DNA of 64,000 nt from an uncultured Acidobacteriota bacterium. Lineage in GTDB: Bacteria; Acidobacteriota; Thermoanaerobaculia; Multivoradales; SZUA-115. Both the position numbers and the translations under genes were made by a program. Of this stretch, positions 20,519-30,009 are shown piece after piece. The stretch spans positions 864,001 to 928,000 of the forward strand of contig CAWDVR010000001.1 in NCBI GenBank assembly GCA_963805975.1, given 5' to 3'. The notes under the pieces were generated by a model that saw only the letters and a list, made by a program, of their open reading frames with translations, made no database searches and was not told the origin of the DNA. Numbering within the stretch: position 1 is the first letter of the stretch; each line of letters opens with the position of its first letter.

Positions 20519-21985
20519 ATGGATCGCTTCTCCGGAGACCTCACCGATCAAGACGTCACGGGCGTCGTGCGCTCGCTGTTTCTCGAGCGGGCCACGGGCG
20601 TGCTCGAGGTGACGGTCGACAGCGGCAAGCGCCGCCTGTTCTTCGTCGACGGCGAGCTGCACCTGCCGCCCTCGAACCCCCTGGCCTTGCAGATCACGCA
20701 GCGCCTCCAGGCGGGCGCCAACCCCACCGAGATCGAAGAGCTGATGGGCCGCGTCGCCGCCGTGATCCTCGCCTGGCGCGAGGGTGCCTTCACCTTCGAT
20801 CCCGGCCGCGCCGCGGTACCTCCGGATGCCGTGGGCCCGCTGCCCACCGCGGCGCTGGTGATGTCGGCGGCGGTGCTCGCCCGCAGCGAGGAGGAGCTGG
20901 TGGAGCAGCTCGGTGGCGAGCGCGCCCGCTGGGCCGCACCGAGCTCGGGCGGCGACGGCACGGTCTCGCTGTCCGCGACCTGGGCGGCGAAAGTGCCCGC
21001 CTACCGCACGGCGCGGCTGTCGGCCGGCGAGCTGGTGCTGCGCGAGTCGCTCGCCGGCCCGGCGACCGTGGGCGACCTCCTGGGGGGCGCGAGCGACCGC
21101 CAGGGAATGCTCGTCAGCCTGGCGCGTCTGGCCGCGGTGGGCGCCATCGAGCGCAGCGAGCCGCGGGTGCGAGGCGAGACGCCGCTCGACTCCGAGGTGC
21201 TGCGCCACTTCGCCGAGCGGGTCGGCCGCGAGCTCCGGGAACGGCCGGTGGCGCTCGACGCGCCCTCCCATCGCGCGCGTCTGGCCGAGCTCCTGGGACG
21301 GCTCGGCGAGGTGAGCCACTACGAGCTCTTGGGCGTGACCGCGGACGCCACCACGGACCAGGTCCACGCCGCCTACGACGAGCTGGCACGGCTCGTTCAT
21401 CCCTCGCACGCCGCGCGGCTCGGGCACAAGGGCCGCGAGGAGGCGATCACCCTGCTGTTCGAGAAGGCCACCGAAGCCTATCTGGTGCTCTCCGACCCCG
21501 AGCGGCGGAATCGCTACAACCGCGAGAGCGGCATCTTCTGGACGCGGGCCGGCGTGGAGCCGACCGAGCTGCCGAAGCGCTCGCCCGAGGTGGCCGTCAA
21601 GCTCTTCACCCAGGCCCGCGACATGGTGCAGCGCGACGAGCTCCACTATGCCTACGAGCTGCTGCGCCAAGCGCTCCAGGTGGACCGCCGCCCCGAGTAC
21701 TACGCTCTCCTCGCCGAGGTGCAGCAGCGCAACCCGAACTGGCTGCAGCACGCCGTGGACAGCCTGCGCGAAGCGGTCAACCTGGCACCCGAGAACCTCG
21801 CCTACCGCCGCAGCCTGGGCGAGATCTACGAGCAGATGGGGGACCGCGGCCGGGCTCGCGCCGTCTACCGGAGCATCCTGATCCGCGCCCCCGGCGACGC
21901 CGAGGCCGTGGAGGCCATCGACCGGATCGACGGCAAGAAGAGCAAGCGCAAGGCGGGATTCTTCGGCCTGTTTGGCGGCGAGTGA
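20519..21985 (+). CDS. DUF4388-like + J-like domain + TPR protein
   Basis: TGVLEV...LFFVDGEL and W.EG.F.F; HYELLGV...AY..LA..HPS...AY.VLSDP..R..Y; C-terminal TPRs. Confidence 0.8.
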   Translation: MDRFSGDLTDQDVTGVVRSLFLERATGVLEVTVDSGKRRLFFVDGELHLPPSNPLALQITQRLQAGANPTEIEELMGRVAAVILAWREGAFTFDPGRAAVPPDAVGPLPTAALVMSAAVLARSEEELVEQLGGERARWAAPSSGGDGTVSLSATWAAKVPAYRTARLSAGELVLRESLAGPATVGDLLGGASDRQGMLVSLARLAAVGAIERSEPRVRGETPLDSEVLRHFAERVGRELRERPVALDAPSHRARLAELLGRLGEVSHYELLGVTADATTDQVHAAYDELARLVHPSHAARLGHKGREEAITLLFEKATEAYLVLSDPERRNRYNRESGIFWTRAGVEPTELPKRSPEVAVKLFTQARDMVQRDELHYAYELLRQALQVDRRPEYYALLAEVQQRNPNWLQHAVDSLREAVNLAPENLAYRRSLGEIYEQMGDRGRARAVYRSILIRAPGDAEAVEAIDRIDGKKSKRKAGFFGLFGGE

Positions 21986-21999
21986 GGAGGCCGCAGCCC

Positions 22000-22232
22000 A
22001 TGCTAGCCTGTCGTGGTACTCGAAGCACGGCATTCTTCCGCCGCGGTTTCGAAACGACATGCTGCACATCGCTCTCGCCACGGTGGCCAAAGTCGATGTG
22101 CTCGTCAGTTGGAACTTCAAGCACATCGTTCGCCTCGAGAAGATTCGGCTTTACAACACGGTGAACCTGGAGCTGGGCTATGCAGAGCTTCAGATCCGCT
22201 CTCCTCGGGAGGTGGCAACCGATGAAGAATGA
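22000..22232 (+). pseudogene. C-terminal fragment of a PIN-domain (VapC-like) protein
   Basis: D.LHIALAT...D.LVSWNFKHIV...I.SP.E; N-terminal half and a clear start are missing; lower GC; 5' boundary approximate. Confidence 0.7.
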
Positions 22233-22410
22233 AGCAGTGGCCGCCGTCGAGATGACGCGGAAGATTCGTGATGCAATGTACGAACAGACCAAGGGCCTGT
22301 CGGACAGCGAGCTGATCCAGTATTTTAGGGCTCGGGCGGCGCCGGCTAGGGAGTCGATCGAGCCGAAGGGCAGTGGAGAGAAGCGAAGTGACACTCTGCG
22401 CTCCATCTGA
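22222..22410 (+). CDS. Small hypothetical protein of the type found next to PIN genes
   Basis: GGAGG SD; AVEMTRKIRD...E.TKGLS..E.I.YF. Confidence 0.6.
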   Translation: MKNEAVAAVEMTRKIRDAMYEQTKGLSDSELIQYFRARAAPARESIEPKGSGEKRSDTLRSI

Positions 22411-22458
22411 ACTCGTCCCTGTCCAGCTTCCGATGGTTGGCACTCCGATTCTCGTGAG

Positions 22459-22486
22459 TTGCGTCTATCGCCCGACAGGCTACAAT
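22459..22486 (+). promoter_or_regulatory. rnpB promoter
   Basis: TTGCGT-N16-TACAAT just upstream of the P1 helix. Confidence 0.7.
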
Positions 22487-22491
22487 CCTCC

Positions 22492-22895
<404 letters not shown>

Positions 22896-22915
22896 TTTTT
22901 CTTTTTCCCTGCCCC

Positions 22916-23818
22916 ATGCTCGCACCGGTCCCGCTCCCCCCTCCCGCTCGCCCCGGCGATCGGGTCGGCGTGGCGGCGCTCTCCGGGCCGGTGGACCCGG
23001 CGCGCCTGGCGGCGGGCCTCGAGGCTCTCGCGGCGCTCGGCTTCGAGCCCGTGCCGGCCGCGAACCTCGCTTCGCGCCGGGGCTATCTCGCCGGCGAGGA
23101 CGACGAGCGCCTGGCGGCCTTCCACGAGCTGGCGGCCGACCCGACCCTCAGCGCGATCTTCTTTGCCCGCGGCGGCTACGGGGTGCCGCGGCTCCTCGAT
23201 CGCATCGACTGGGAGCTGCTCGCTACTCGGCCGCGTGCCTACGTCGGCTACTCGGACCTGACACCGTTCCTGGGCGAGGTGGTGCGCCGGCTCGGCTGGG
23301 CGAGCTTCCACGGCCCGATGGTCGCCGCGGACCTGGCGCGGGGCCTCTCGCCCGCGGAGGAGAGCTCGCTGCTCGGCGCGCTGGCCGGAGAGCTGCCGGT
23401 GTCCTGTCCCATCGCCGGGGCGTTGGTTCCCGGGGCAGCGGAAGGGCCGCTCGCCGGCGGTTGCCTGAGCCTCCTCGCCGCCACGGCCGGCACCCGGTTC
23501 GCGCCCGACCTCGAAGGCGCCATCCTGCTGCTCGAGGACGTCAACGAGCGCCTCTACCGCATCGACCGCATGCTCACCCAGCTCCTCCAGGCCGGCCTGC
23601 TCGACGGCGTGGCCGGCGTGGCGCTCGGCCGCTTCGATCTGGCCCCGGGCGAAGACGCCGCCGCGCTTCCGGGACTCTTCTACGACCGGCTCGGCGTGCT
23701 CGGCGTGCCGGTGGTGCATGGCATTCCCTGCGGCCACTCGGCGCCGAACCGGACGTTTCCGCTCGGCCTCGCGGCCCGGCTCGACGCCGGCTCGGGCCTG
23801 ACGCTTGGTATAAGCTAA
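22916..23818 (+). CDS. ldcA: LD-carboxypeptidase (S66)
   Basis: ARGGYG, VGYSD.T, HGPM, LEDVNE, GH. Confidence 0.93.
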   Translation: MLAPVPLPPPARPGDRVGVAALSGPVDPARLAAGLEALAALGFEPVPAANLASRRGYLAGEDDERLAAFHELAADPTLSAIFFARGGYGVPRLLDRIDWELLATRPRAYVGYSDLTPFLGEVVRRLGWASFHGPMVAADLARGLSPAEESSLLGALAGELPVSCPIAGALVPGAAEGPLAGGCLSLLAATAGTRFAPDLEGAILLLEDVNERLYRIDRMLTQLLQAGLLDGVAGVALGRFDLAPGEDAAALPGLFYDRLGVLGVPVVHGIPCGHSAPNRTFPLGLAARLDAGSGLTLGIS

Positions 23819-23824
23819 CTCCTC

Positions 23825-24625
23825 GTGAACAAGCCCGTCTTCAAGAGCACGGCCAAGAAGCCGCTGGGGGAGTACTCCGTCGAGATCAAGGCGGGGGATC
23901 ACGTCTTCCGCGAGGGCGATCTCGGCACCGAGATGTACATCATCCACGACGGCCGGGTCGGTATTTTCCAGCACGTCTCCGGCGACGACCACGAGCTCGC
24001 GGTGTTCGAGAAGGGCGACTTCTTCGGCGAGATGTCGCTGCTCGAGGATCTGCCGCGGACCGCTTCCGCGCAGGCGCTGACCGACGTCAAGCTGCTGCAG
24101 ATCAACGGCGCCACCTTTTCGCAGATGCTCCGCGACCACCCGGAGATCGCCATCCGCATGATGCGCAAGCTGTCGCGCCGGCTGCGCGAGACCGACCGCC
24201 TGCTGCGCGAGGCCCTGGTCGAGTCCGGTGCCCAGCAGCCGCCCGCGAGCGACGTGCCCCTGCCGGACAGTAGCGGCCGGCCGGGGGAGCGCGAGAGCTT
24301 CGCGCCCGAGCGGCTGGTGCACATCAAGTCGGGCATGGAGTTCCACTTCTCGCAGGGCTCGGAGACCTCGATCGGCCGCAAGGACCCGGTGACCGGCATC
24401 TACCCCGACATCGACCTCACGCCGGTCGACAGCCAGCGCTCGATCAGCCGCCGCCACGCCAAGATCCATCGCCGCGGGTCCAAGTTCTTCCTCTCGGAAG
24501 AGATCGGCAGCATGAACGGCACCTATCGCAACGGGGAGAGGCTCGAGACCGGCGTGCCGGCCGAGATCAAGCCCGGCGACGAGGTGCGGCTGGGCATGGT
24601 GGTGACCACGTTCCAGCTCGCTTGA
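23825..24625 (+). CDS. Cyclic-nucleotide-binding + FHA domain protein
   Basis: GDFFGEMSLL...PRTASA (cNMP); IGR, ISRRHA, GS.NGT (FHA). Confidence 0.9.
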   Translation: MNKPVFKSTAKKPLGEYSVEIKAGDHVFREGDLGTEMYIIHDGRVGIFQHVSGDDHELAVFEKGDFFGEMSLLEDLPRTASAQALTDVKLLQINGATFSQMLRDHPEIAIRMMRKLSRRLRETDRLLREALVESGAQQPPASDVPLPDSSGRPGERESFAPERLVHIKSGMEFHFSQGSETSIGRKDPVTGIYPDIDLTPVDSQRSISRRHAKIHRRGSKFFLSEEIGSMNGTYRNGERLETGVPAEIKPGDEVRLGMVVTTFQLA

Positions 24626-26766
24626 GGGCCTCTCCCGCAGGTCCCGCCCGCCGCCCGGCGGCGCCCCCGCGTTCCGCCAAGTCTCTGCGCCTCGACACCC
24701 CGCTCGCCGGCGCCCCGGGTATCGGCCCGGTGCGGGCGCGCCAGCTCGCCGAGGCCGGCTTCGAGACGGTGGGCGACCTGCTGCTGCACCTTCCCTCCCG
24801 CTACGAGGACCGCCGTGCGATCACTGCCGTGGCCCGGGCGGCTCCCGGCGCCGCGACCTTCTGTGGACGCCTGGTGGGGCTCACCGCCGTGCGCATGCGC
24901 CGGCGGGGCTTCTCGCTGGTGCGCGGCTTCCTGGTCGACGAGAGCGGGCGCCTGCCGGTGCTGTGGTTCAACCGCCCCTACCTGGCACAGCAGGTCCGCG
25001 AGGGAGAGGACTACCTGCTGCACGGCGAGGTGAGAGCGAGCGAAGGGAAATCGGGCAAGACGGGCCGGCTCGAGCTGTCGAACCCGAGCTGCGAGCTGGC
25101 GGCCGACGCGCTGCACGGCGGGCGCGTGGTGCCGGTCTACCCGCAGGCGGGAGGGCTGGGGCCGGCGCTCTTCCGGCGCCTCGCGGCCGGGCTCTTCGCC
25201 GGCCGGCTGCCGCTCGATCTCTCTCCCGACCCGCTGGCACATGGCCTCGCCGCAGCCCACGGCCTGCCGCCGCTCCAGGGGGCCTTGCTCGACCTCCACC
25301 GCCCGGGCGAGGACAGCGACGTCGAGGCGCTCAACCGCCATGCGAGCCCGGCGCACGCGCGCCTGGTCTACGGTGAGCTCCTGGAGCTGCAGCTCGAGCT
25401 GGCGGCGCTCCGGGCCCGCCAGGTGGACGAGCCGAAGCGCCACGCCTACCGGATCGACGACCGGGTGCGGCAGGTGGCGCGCGAGGTGCTGCCGTTCCGC
25501 CTGACCGCGGCGCAGAAGAAGGTGCTCAAGGAGATCGTCGACGACCTCCGCAGCCCGCAGCCGATGCTGCGTCTGCTGCAGGGCGACGTCGGCAGCGGCA
25601 AGACCATCGTGGCGGCGATCGCGCTGGTGGTGGCGCTCGAGAGCGGGCTCCAGGGTGCGCTGATGGCGCCCACCGAGCTCCTCGCCGAGCAGCACTTCCG
25701 CACCCTCGAGCGCTGGCTCGGGGGCCGCTATCGGCTGGCGCTCCTCACCGGCAGCGCGGCCCGCGCGGGTCTGGCGCAGGCGGTGGCGAGCGGCGAGGTG
25801 CAGCTCGTGGTGGGCACGCAGGCGCTCATTCAGCACGGCCTGGAGTTCCACCGGCTGGGGCTGGCGGTGGTGGACGAGCAGCACCGCTTCGGCGTGGCGC
25901 AGCGCGGGCTCCTGCAGGCCAAGGGAGACCGGCCCGATCTGCTGGTGATGACCGCGACGCCGATCCCGCGCTCGCTGGCGCTCACCGCCTACGGTGACCT
26001 CGAGCTCTCGCTCCTCGACGAGCTGCCGCCGGGTCGCCTGCCGGTGGCGACGGAAGTGGTGCCGGCCGAGCGCCGTGCCGAGGTCTACGCGCGGCTGGCC
26101 GAGGAGCTGGGCCGCGGCGCTCAAGCCTACGTGGTGTTCCCGTTGATCGAGCACAGCGAGGCAGCCGGCGCGGCCTCGCTCGCGGCGCTCGGCGAGAGCG
26201 TGCGCGGCCTGCTGGCCGGTCACGCCTGCGCCGTGGTGCACGGGGCGCTCGCGGCCGGCGAGCGGGAGCGGGCGCTCGCCGCCTTTGCCGCCGGCGAGGT
26301 GCGGGTGCTGCTCGCCACCACGGTGATCGAGGTCGGGCTGGACGTGCCGGCGGCCACGGTGATGGTGATCGAGGGTGCCGAGCGCTTCGGGCTGGCGCAG
26401 CTCCACCAGTTGCGGGGCCGGGTGGGGCGGGGAGGGGCGGCTTCGCGCTGCGTGGCGGTGCACGGCGAGGCGAGCGACGAGGGGCGGCGGCGGCTGGAGG
26501 TGTTCGCCGCCACCACGGACGGTTTCGCCATCGCCGAGGCGGACCTCTCGATCCGCGGTCCGGGGGACCTCGCGGGCACGCGGCAGACCGGTACCTCCCC
26601 GCTCCTGGTGGCGGACCTGGTGCGCGACCGGGCCTGGCTCGAAAGGGCGCGGGACGACGCCCGGCGCCTGCTGCCGCGGCTGTCGGAGCCGGGCTTCGCC
26701 GCCCTGCGGGAGCGGCTGGAGCGCCGCCTGGCGCGGCGGGAGCGTCAGGATCTGGCGGGTGGGTGA
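24622..26766 (+). CDS. recG: ATP-dependent DNA helicase RecG
   Basis: QGDVGSGKT, DEQHRFG, TATPIPR, QLHQLRGRVGRG; exact start uncertain. Confidence 0.97.
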   Translation: MRASPAGPARRPAAPPRSAKSLRLDTPLAGAPGIGPVRARQLAEAGFETVGDLLLHLPSRYEDRRAITAVARAAPGAATFCGRLVGLTAVRMRRRGFSLVRGFLVDESGRLPVLWFNRPYLAQQVREGEDYLLHGEVRASEGKSGKTGRLELSNPSCELAADALHGGRVVPVYPQAGGLGPALFRRLAAGLFAGRLPLDLSPDPLAHGLAAAHGLPPLQGALLDLHRPGEDSDVEALNRHASPAHARLVYGELLELQLELAALRARQVDEPKRHAYRIDDRVRQVAREVLPFRLTAAQKKVLKEIVDDLRSPQPMLRLLQGDVGSGKTIVAAIALVVALESGLQGALMAPTELLAEQHFRTLERWLGGRYRLALLTGSAARAGLAQAVASGEVQLVVGTQALIQHGLEFHRLGLAVVDEQHRFGVAQRGLLQAKGDRPDLLVMTATPIPRSLALTAYGDLELSLLDELPPGRLPVATEVVPAERRAEVYARLAEELGRGAQAYVVFPLIEHSEAAGAASLAALGESVRGLLAGHACAVVHGALAAGERERALAAFAAGEVRVLLATTVIEVGLDVPAATVMVIEGAERFGLAQLHQLRGRVGRGGAASRCVAVHGEASDEGRRRLEVFAATTDGFAIAEADLSIRGPGDLAGTRQTGTSPLLVADLVRDRAWLERARDDARRLLPRLSEPGFAALRERLERRLARRERQDLAGG

Positions 26767-26806
26767 GGGCTCGATGGCACCACCTCCTTCCGCTACACTT
26801 TCCGAG

Positions 26807-27283
26807 ATGACGCCGATGCTCGGACGATCCATGATCGTGGTCGGGGCGGTAGCTGCGGCCGGCCTCGCGGCGACGGGGCTGGCGGCCTACGCGGGGGCCC
26901 CGATGCAGGTGCACCTGCTGCTCGCGATGAGCTCGTTCTTTCTCCTCGTCCTGGCCCATTCCTGGACGGTCCTCTACCTCTACGGAACGGCGCGTGCCGT
27001 GCGTGCGGTGGTGGGAGCGGAGGGCCTGCCGCCGGACCTGGCGGAGCCCGGGGCCGGGGCCGCCCGGCGGGCCCTGCCGTGGGCGCTGGCGCTCCTCGTC
27101 CTGCTGGCGGTCAACACCTGGGTCGGTGGCAGGCTCTACATCCGGGTCACTCCCGCCTGGGTCCACGCGCTCCTCTCCTGGGGCATGTTCGCGGCCCAGG
27201 CGCTGGCGGTCGCGGCCGAGGCCAGGCTGCTGGCCGCCAACCAGCGCCGCATGGCGGCCGTCAACGCCCTGCTGCGCGCCTGA
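26807..27283 (+). CDS. Hypothetical 4-TM membrane protein
   Basis: Four hydrophobic segments with His residues; TACACT-N7-ATG. Confidence 0.7.
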   Translation: MTPMLGRSMIVVGAVAAAGLAATGLAAYAGAPMQVHLLLAMSSFFLLVLAHSWTVLYLYGTARAVRAVVGAEGLPPDLAEPGAGAARRALPWALALLVLLAVNTWVGGRLYIRVTPAWVHALLSWGMFAAQALAVAAEARLLAANQRRMAAVNALLRA

Positions 27284-27374
27284 GCCTCGGCCCGGAAGCT
27301 CCAGGAGGGGCGCCTCTGGTGCTATCCTTTGGGGCTCGGTCCCGCCCGGCTCCTGATTCAAGAAACTACTCATC

Positions 27375-28433
27375 ATGACGGCGCCCGAAGCTACGACCCC
27401 CGCTCCCGCGTCCGCCGGCCAGATCGTGCTCTCCGGCATGCGGTCCACGGGGCCCATCCATCTCGGCAACTATTTCGGGGCGGTCAAGAACTGGGTGGAT
27501 CTCCAGGACCGCTACCGCTGCTACTACTTCGCGGCCGACTGGCACGCCCTGACCAGCGAGTATGCCGACCCTTCCAAGGTGGCGCGCCACACGCTCGAGG
27601 CGGTGGCGGACTGGCTGGCCGTCGGGCTCGACCCCGGGCGTTCGACGATCTTCGTGCAGTCCCTGGTGCCACAGCATGCCGAGCTGCACCTGATGTTCTC
27701 GATGATCACCCCGCTCGGCTGGCTGGAGCGCGTGCCCACCTACAAGGAGCAGATCGCCAACATCGAGAACCGCGATCTCTCGACCCACGGCTTCCTGGGC
27801 TACCCCGTGCTGCAGGCCGCGGACATCCTGATCTACCGCGCCGATTTCGTGCCGGTGGGCGAGGACCAGTCGAGCCACCTCGAGCTGACGCGCGAGATCG
27901 GCCGCCGCTTCAACGGCTTCTACGGCAACGTGTTCCCCGAGCCCAAGGCGCTCTTCACCCCGGCGCGCAAGGTGCCGGGGATCGACGGCCGCAAGATGTC
28001 GAAGTCCTACGGCAATGCGATCTACTTCGCGGACTCGCCCGAGGTGGTGCGCAAGAAGTGCATGGAGATGTTCACCGATCCGCAGCGCATCCGGCGCAGC
28101 GACCCCGGCCGGCCGGAGGTCTGCAACCTCTTCGGCTTCCACGGCCTGGTCTCGGCGCCGGGCATCGCGGAACGGGTGGAGCACGAGTGCCGCGCCGCGA
28201 TCATCGGCTGCGTGGACGACAAGAAGCTCCTGGCCGAGCAGATGAACGCCTTCCTGGCGCCCTTCCGCGACCGGCGCGAGGCGCTGCTCGCCGACCCGGA
28301 CACGCTCCTCGACATCATCTACACCGGCTCGCGGCGGGCGGCGGAGCGCGCTGAGGAGACCATGGACCTGGTGCGCGGCGCCATGAACCTCGACTACCGC
28401 CGGCTGGCCGCAGCCGCCAGGGAGGCTCGGTGA
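27375..28433 (+). CDS. trpS: Tryptophan-tRNA ligase
   Basis: HLGNY, YPVLQAADIL, VPVGEDQ, KMSKS. Confidence 0.98.
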   Translation: MTAPEATTPAPASAGQIVLSGMRSTGPIHLGNYFGAVKNWVDLQDRYRCYYFAADWHALTSEYADPSKVARHTLEAVADWLAVGLDPGRSTIFVQSLVPQHAELHLMFSMITPLGWLERVPTYKEQIANIENRDLSTHGFLGYPVLQAADILIYRADFVPVGEDQSSHLELTREIGRRFNGFYGNVFPEPKALFTPARKVPGIDGRKMSKSYGNAIYFADSPEVVRKKCMEMFTDPQRIRRSDPGRPEVCNLFGFHGLVSAPGIAERVEHECRAAIIGCVDDKKLLAEQMNAFLAPFRDRREALLADPDTLLDIIYTGSRRAAERAEETMDLVRGAMNLDYRRLAAAAREAR

Positions 28434-29257
28434 GCCTCATGGGCGAGAGCTCGGGGCCGCGGTCTCCGGGGTTGCCGGCTCCAGGGCTGCTGCCGGAGTC
28501 GTGGCGGGTCCACCTGCCGATCTTCGACGGCCCCCTGGACCTGCTGCTGCACCTGGTCAAGATCAACGAGGTGAAGATCGCGGACATCCCGGTGGCCCGG
28601 GTCTGCGACCAGTTCCACGAGTACCTGATGCTGATGGAGAACCTGAACCTCGACGTCGCCGGCGAGTACATCTACGAGGCGGCTCTCCTGATCCATCTGA
28701 AATCCAAGCTCCTCCTGCCGCGCCGCGAGAGCGAGAGCGACGAGGGCGCCCCCGACCCGCGCCAGGAGCTGGTCGACCGCCTCCTCGAGTACCAGCGCAT
28801 CAAGGAGGCGGCGCAGTCGCTCGCCGAGGTCGACCGCATGCGGCTCGGCATCTGGACGCGCACGCCTGCCGACGTCGCGCCGGCGCTCGAGGACCAGGAG
28901 CTGGACCTCTCCGAGGTCTCGCTCTTCGACCTGCTGGGCGCCTTCCGCCAGGCCTTGTCGCGTTACGACCGCGAGCACCCGCCGGCCATGGTGCTCGCCG
29001 CCGAGGTGTTCACCGTGCGCCAGCAGCTCGACCGCCTGCTCGCGGCGCTCGACGCCGGCGCCGGCCGTCCCTACGATCTGCTGGCCGACCTGCGCACGCT
29101 CTCTTGCCGGGCCGAAGCGGTGGCGGCGTTCCTGGCGGTGCTCGAGCTGGCCCGCCTCTCCCTGGTGCGCCTGCACCAGGCGGCGGCGGGAGAGATCGTG
29201 CTCTACCGCACCACGCGCCGGCTTTCCGACGAAGAGCTGGAGACCATCCAGGGATGA
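28430..29257 (+). CDS. scpA: Segregation/condensation protein A
   Basis: FDGPLDLLLHL, KSKLLLP, FLAVLEL. Confidence 0.95.
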   Translation: MSLMGESSGPRSPGLPAPGLLPESWRVHLPIFDGPLDLLLHLVKINEVKIADIPVARVCDQFHEYLMLMENLNLDVAGEYIYEAALLIHLKSKLLLPRRESESDEGAPDPRQELVDRLLEYQRIKEAAQSLAEVDRMRLGIWTRTPADVAPALEDQELDLSEVSLFDLLGAFRQALSRYDREHPPAMVLAAEVFTVRQQLDRLLAALDAGAGRPYDLLADLRTLSCRAEAVAAFLAVLELARLSLVRLHQAAAGEIVLYRTTRRLSDEELETIQG

Positions 29258-30009
29258 GCGGCGAGAGCCCGACCCCCGGCAACCTGACGCCGAGGAGCGA
29301 GATGGAGGCGGCGCTCGAGGCCATCCTCTTCGCCTCCTCCGAGCCGGTGTCGCGCGACAAGCTCCTCGAGCTCTTCGCCGACGAAGAGCGACCGGAGGCG
29401 GCGGTGGCGCTCGAGACGGTGCTGGCGCGCTACGCCGCGGACGAGGGCCGCGGGGTGATGGTGGACGAGGTGGCCGGGGGCGTGCGGCTGGTGACCCGCC
29501 CGGAGCTCGGTGGCTGGCTGCGGCGGTTCTTCGACGTGCGGGGCGGCAACAAGCTGTCGATGGCGGCGCTCGAAACACTCGCCATCGTCGCCTACCGGCA
29601 GCCGGTCACCGGCCCGGAGATCCAGGAGCTGCGGAGCGTCAACCCCTCCGGGGTGCTCAAGACCCTGCTCGAGCGCCACCTGGTGAAGATCGCCGGCCGC
29701 AAGGCGGTGGTGGGCAACCCCTTCCTCTACCGCACCACGCGCGAGTTCCTGGTTCACTTCGGCCTCGGCTCGCTCAAGGAGCTGCCGCCGCTCGAAGAGT
29801 TCGAGGAGGCGTTCGGTGAGGGCGGGAGCGGCGCGGTGACGGGCTCCGGCTTCGCGGCCGGCGCCGAGGCGCTGGACGAGCTGGAGCAGGCCGCAACGGG
29901 CGGCCCCGAGGCGCCGGCAGGGGAGGACCGCGAGGAGGCGATCCTCCGCCAGGCAGCCGACCTCGAAGCGGAAGAAGAAGAGCTGGCCGTCGAGGTGGAG
30001 AGCCGATGA
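29254..30009 (+). CDS. scpB: Segregation/condensation protein B
   Basis: LEAILF, LS.AALETLAIVAYRQPVT, Y.TT.EFL..FGL..L.ELP. Confidence 0.95.
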   Translation: MSGESPTPGNLTPRSEMEAALEAILFASSEPVSRDKLLELFADEERPEAAVALETVLARYAADEGRGVMVDEVAGGVRLVTRPELGGWLRRFFDVRGGNKLSMAALETLAIVAYRQPVTGPEIQELRSVNPSGVLKTLLERHLVKIAGRKAVVGNPFLYRTTREFLVHFGLGSLKELPPLEEFEEAFGEGGSGAVTGSGFAAGAEALDELEQAATGGPEAPAGEDREEAILRQAADLEAEEEELAVEVESR

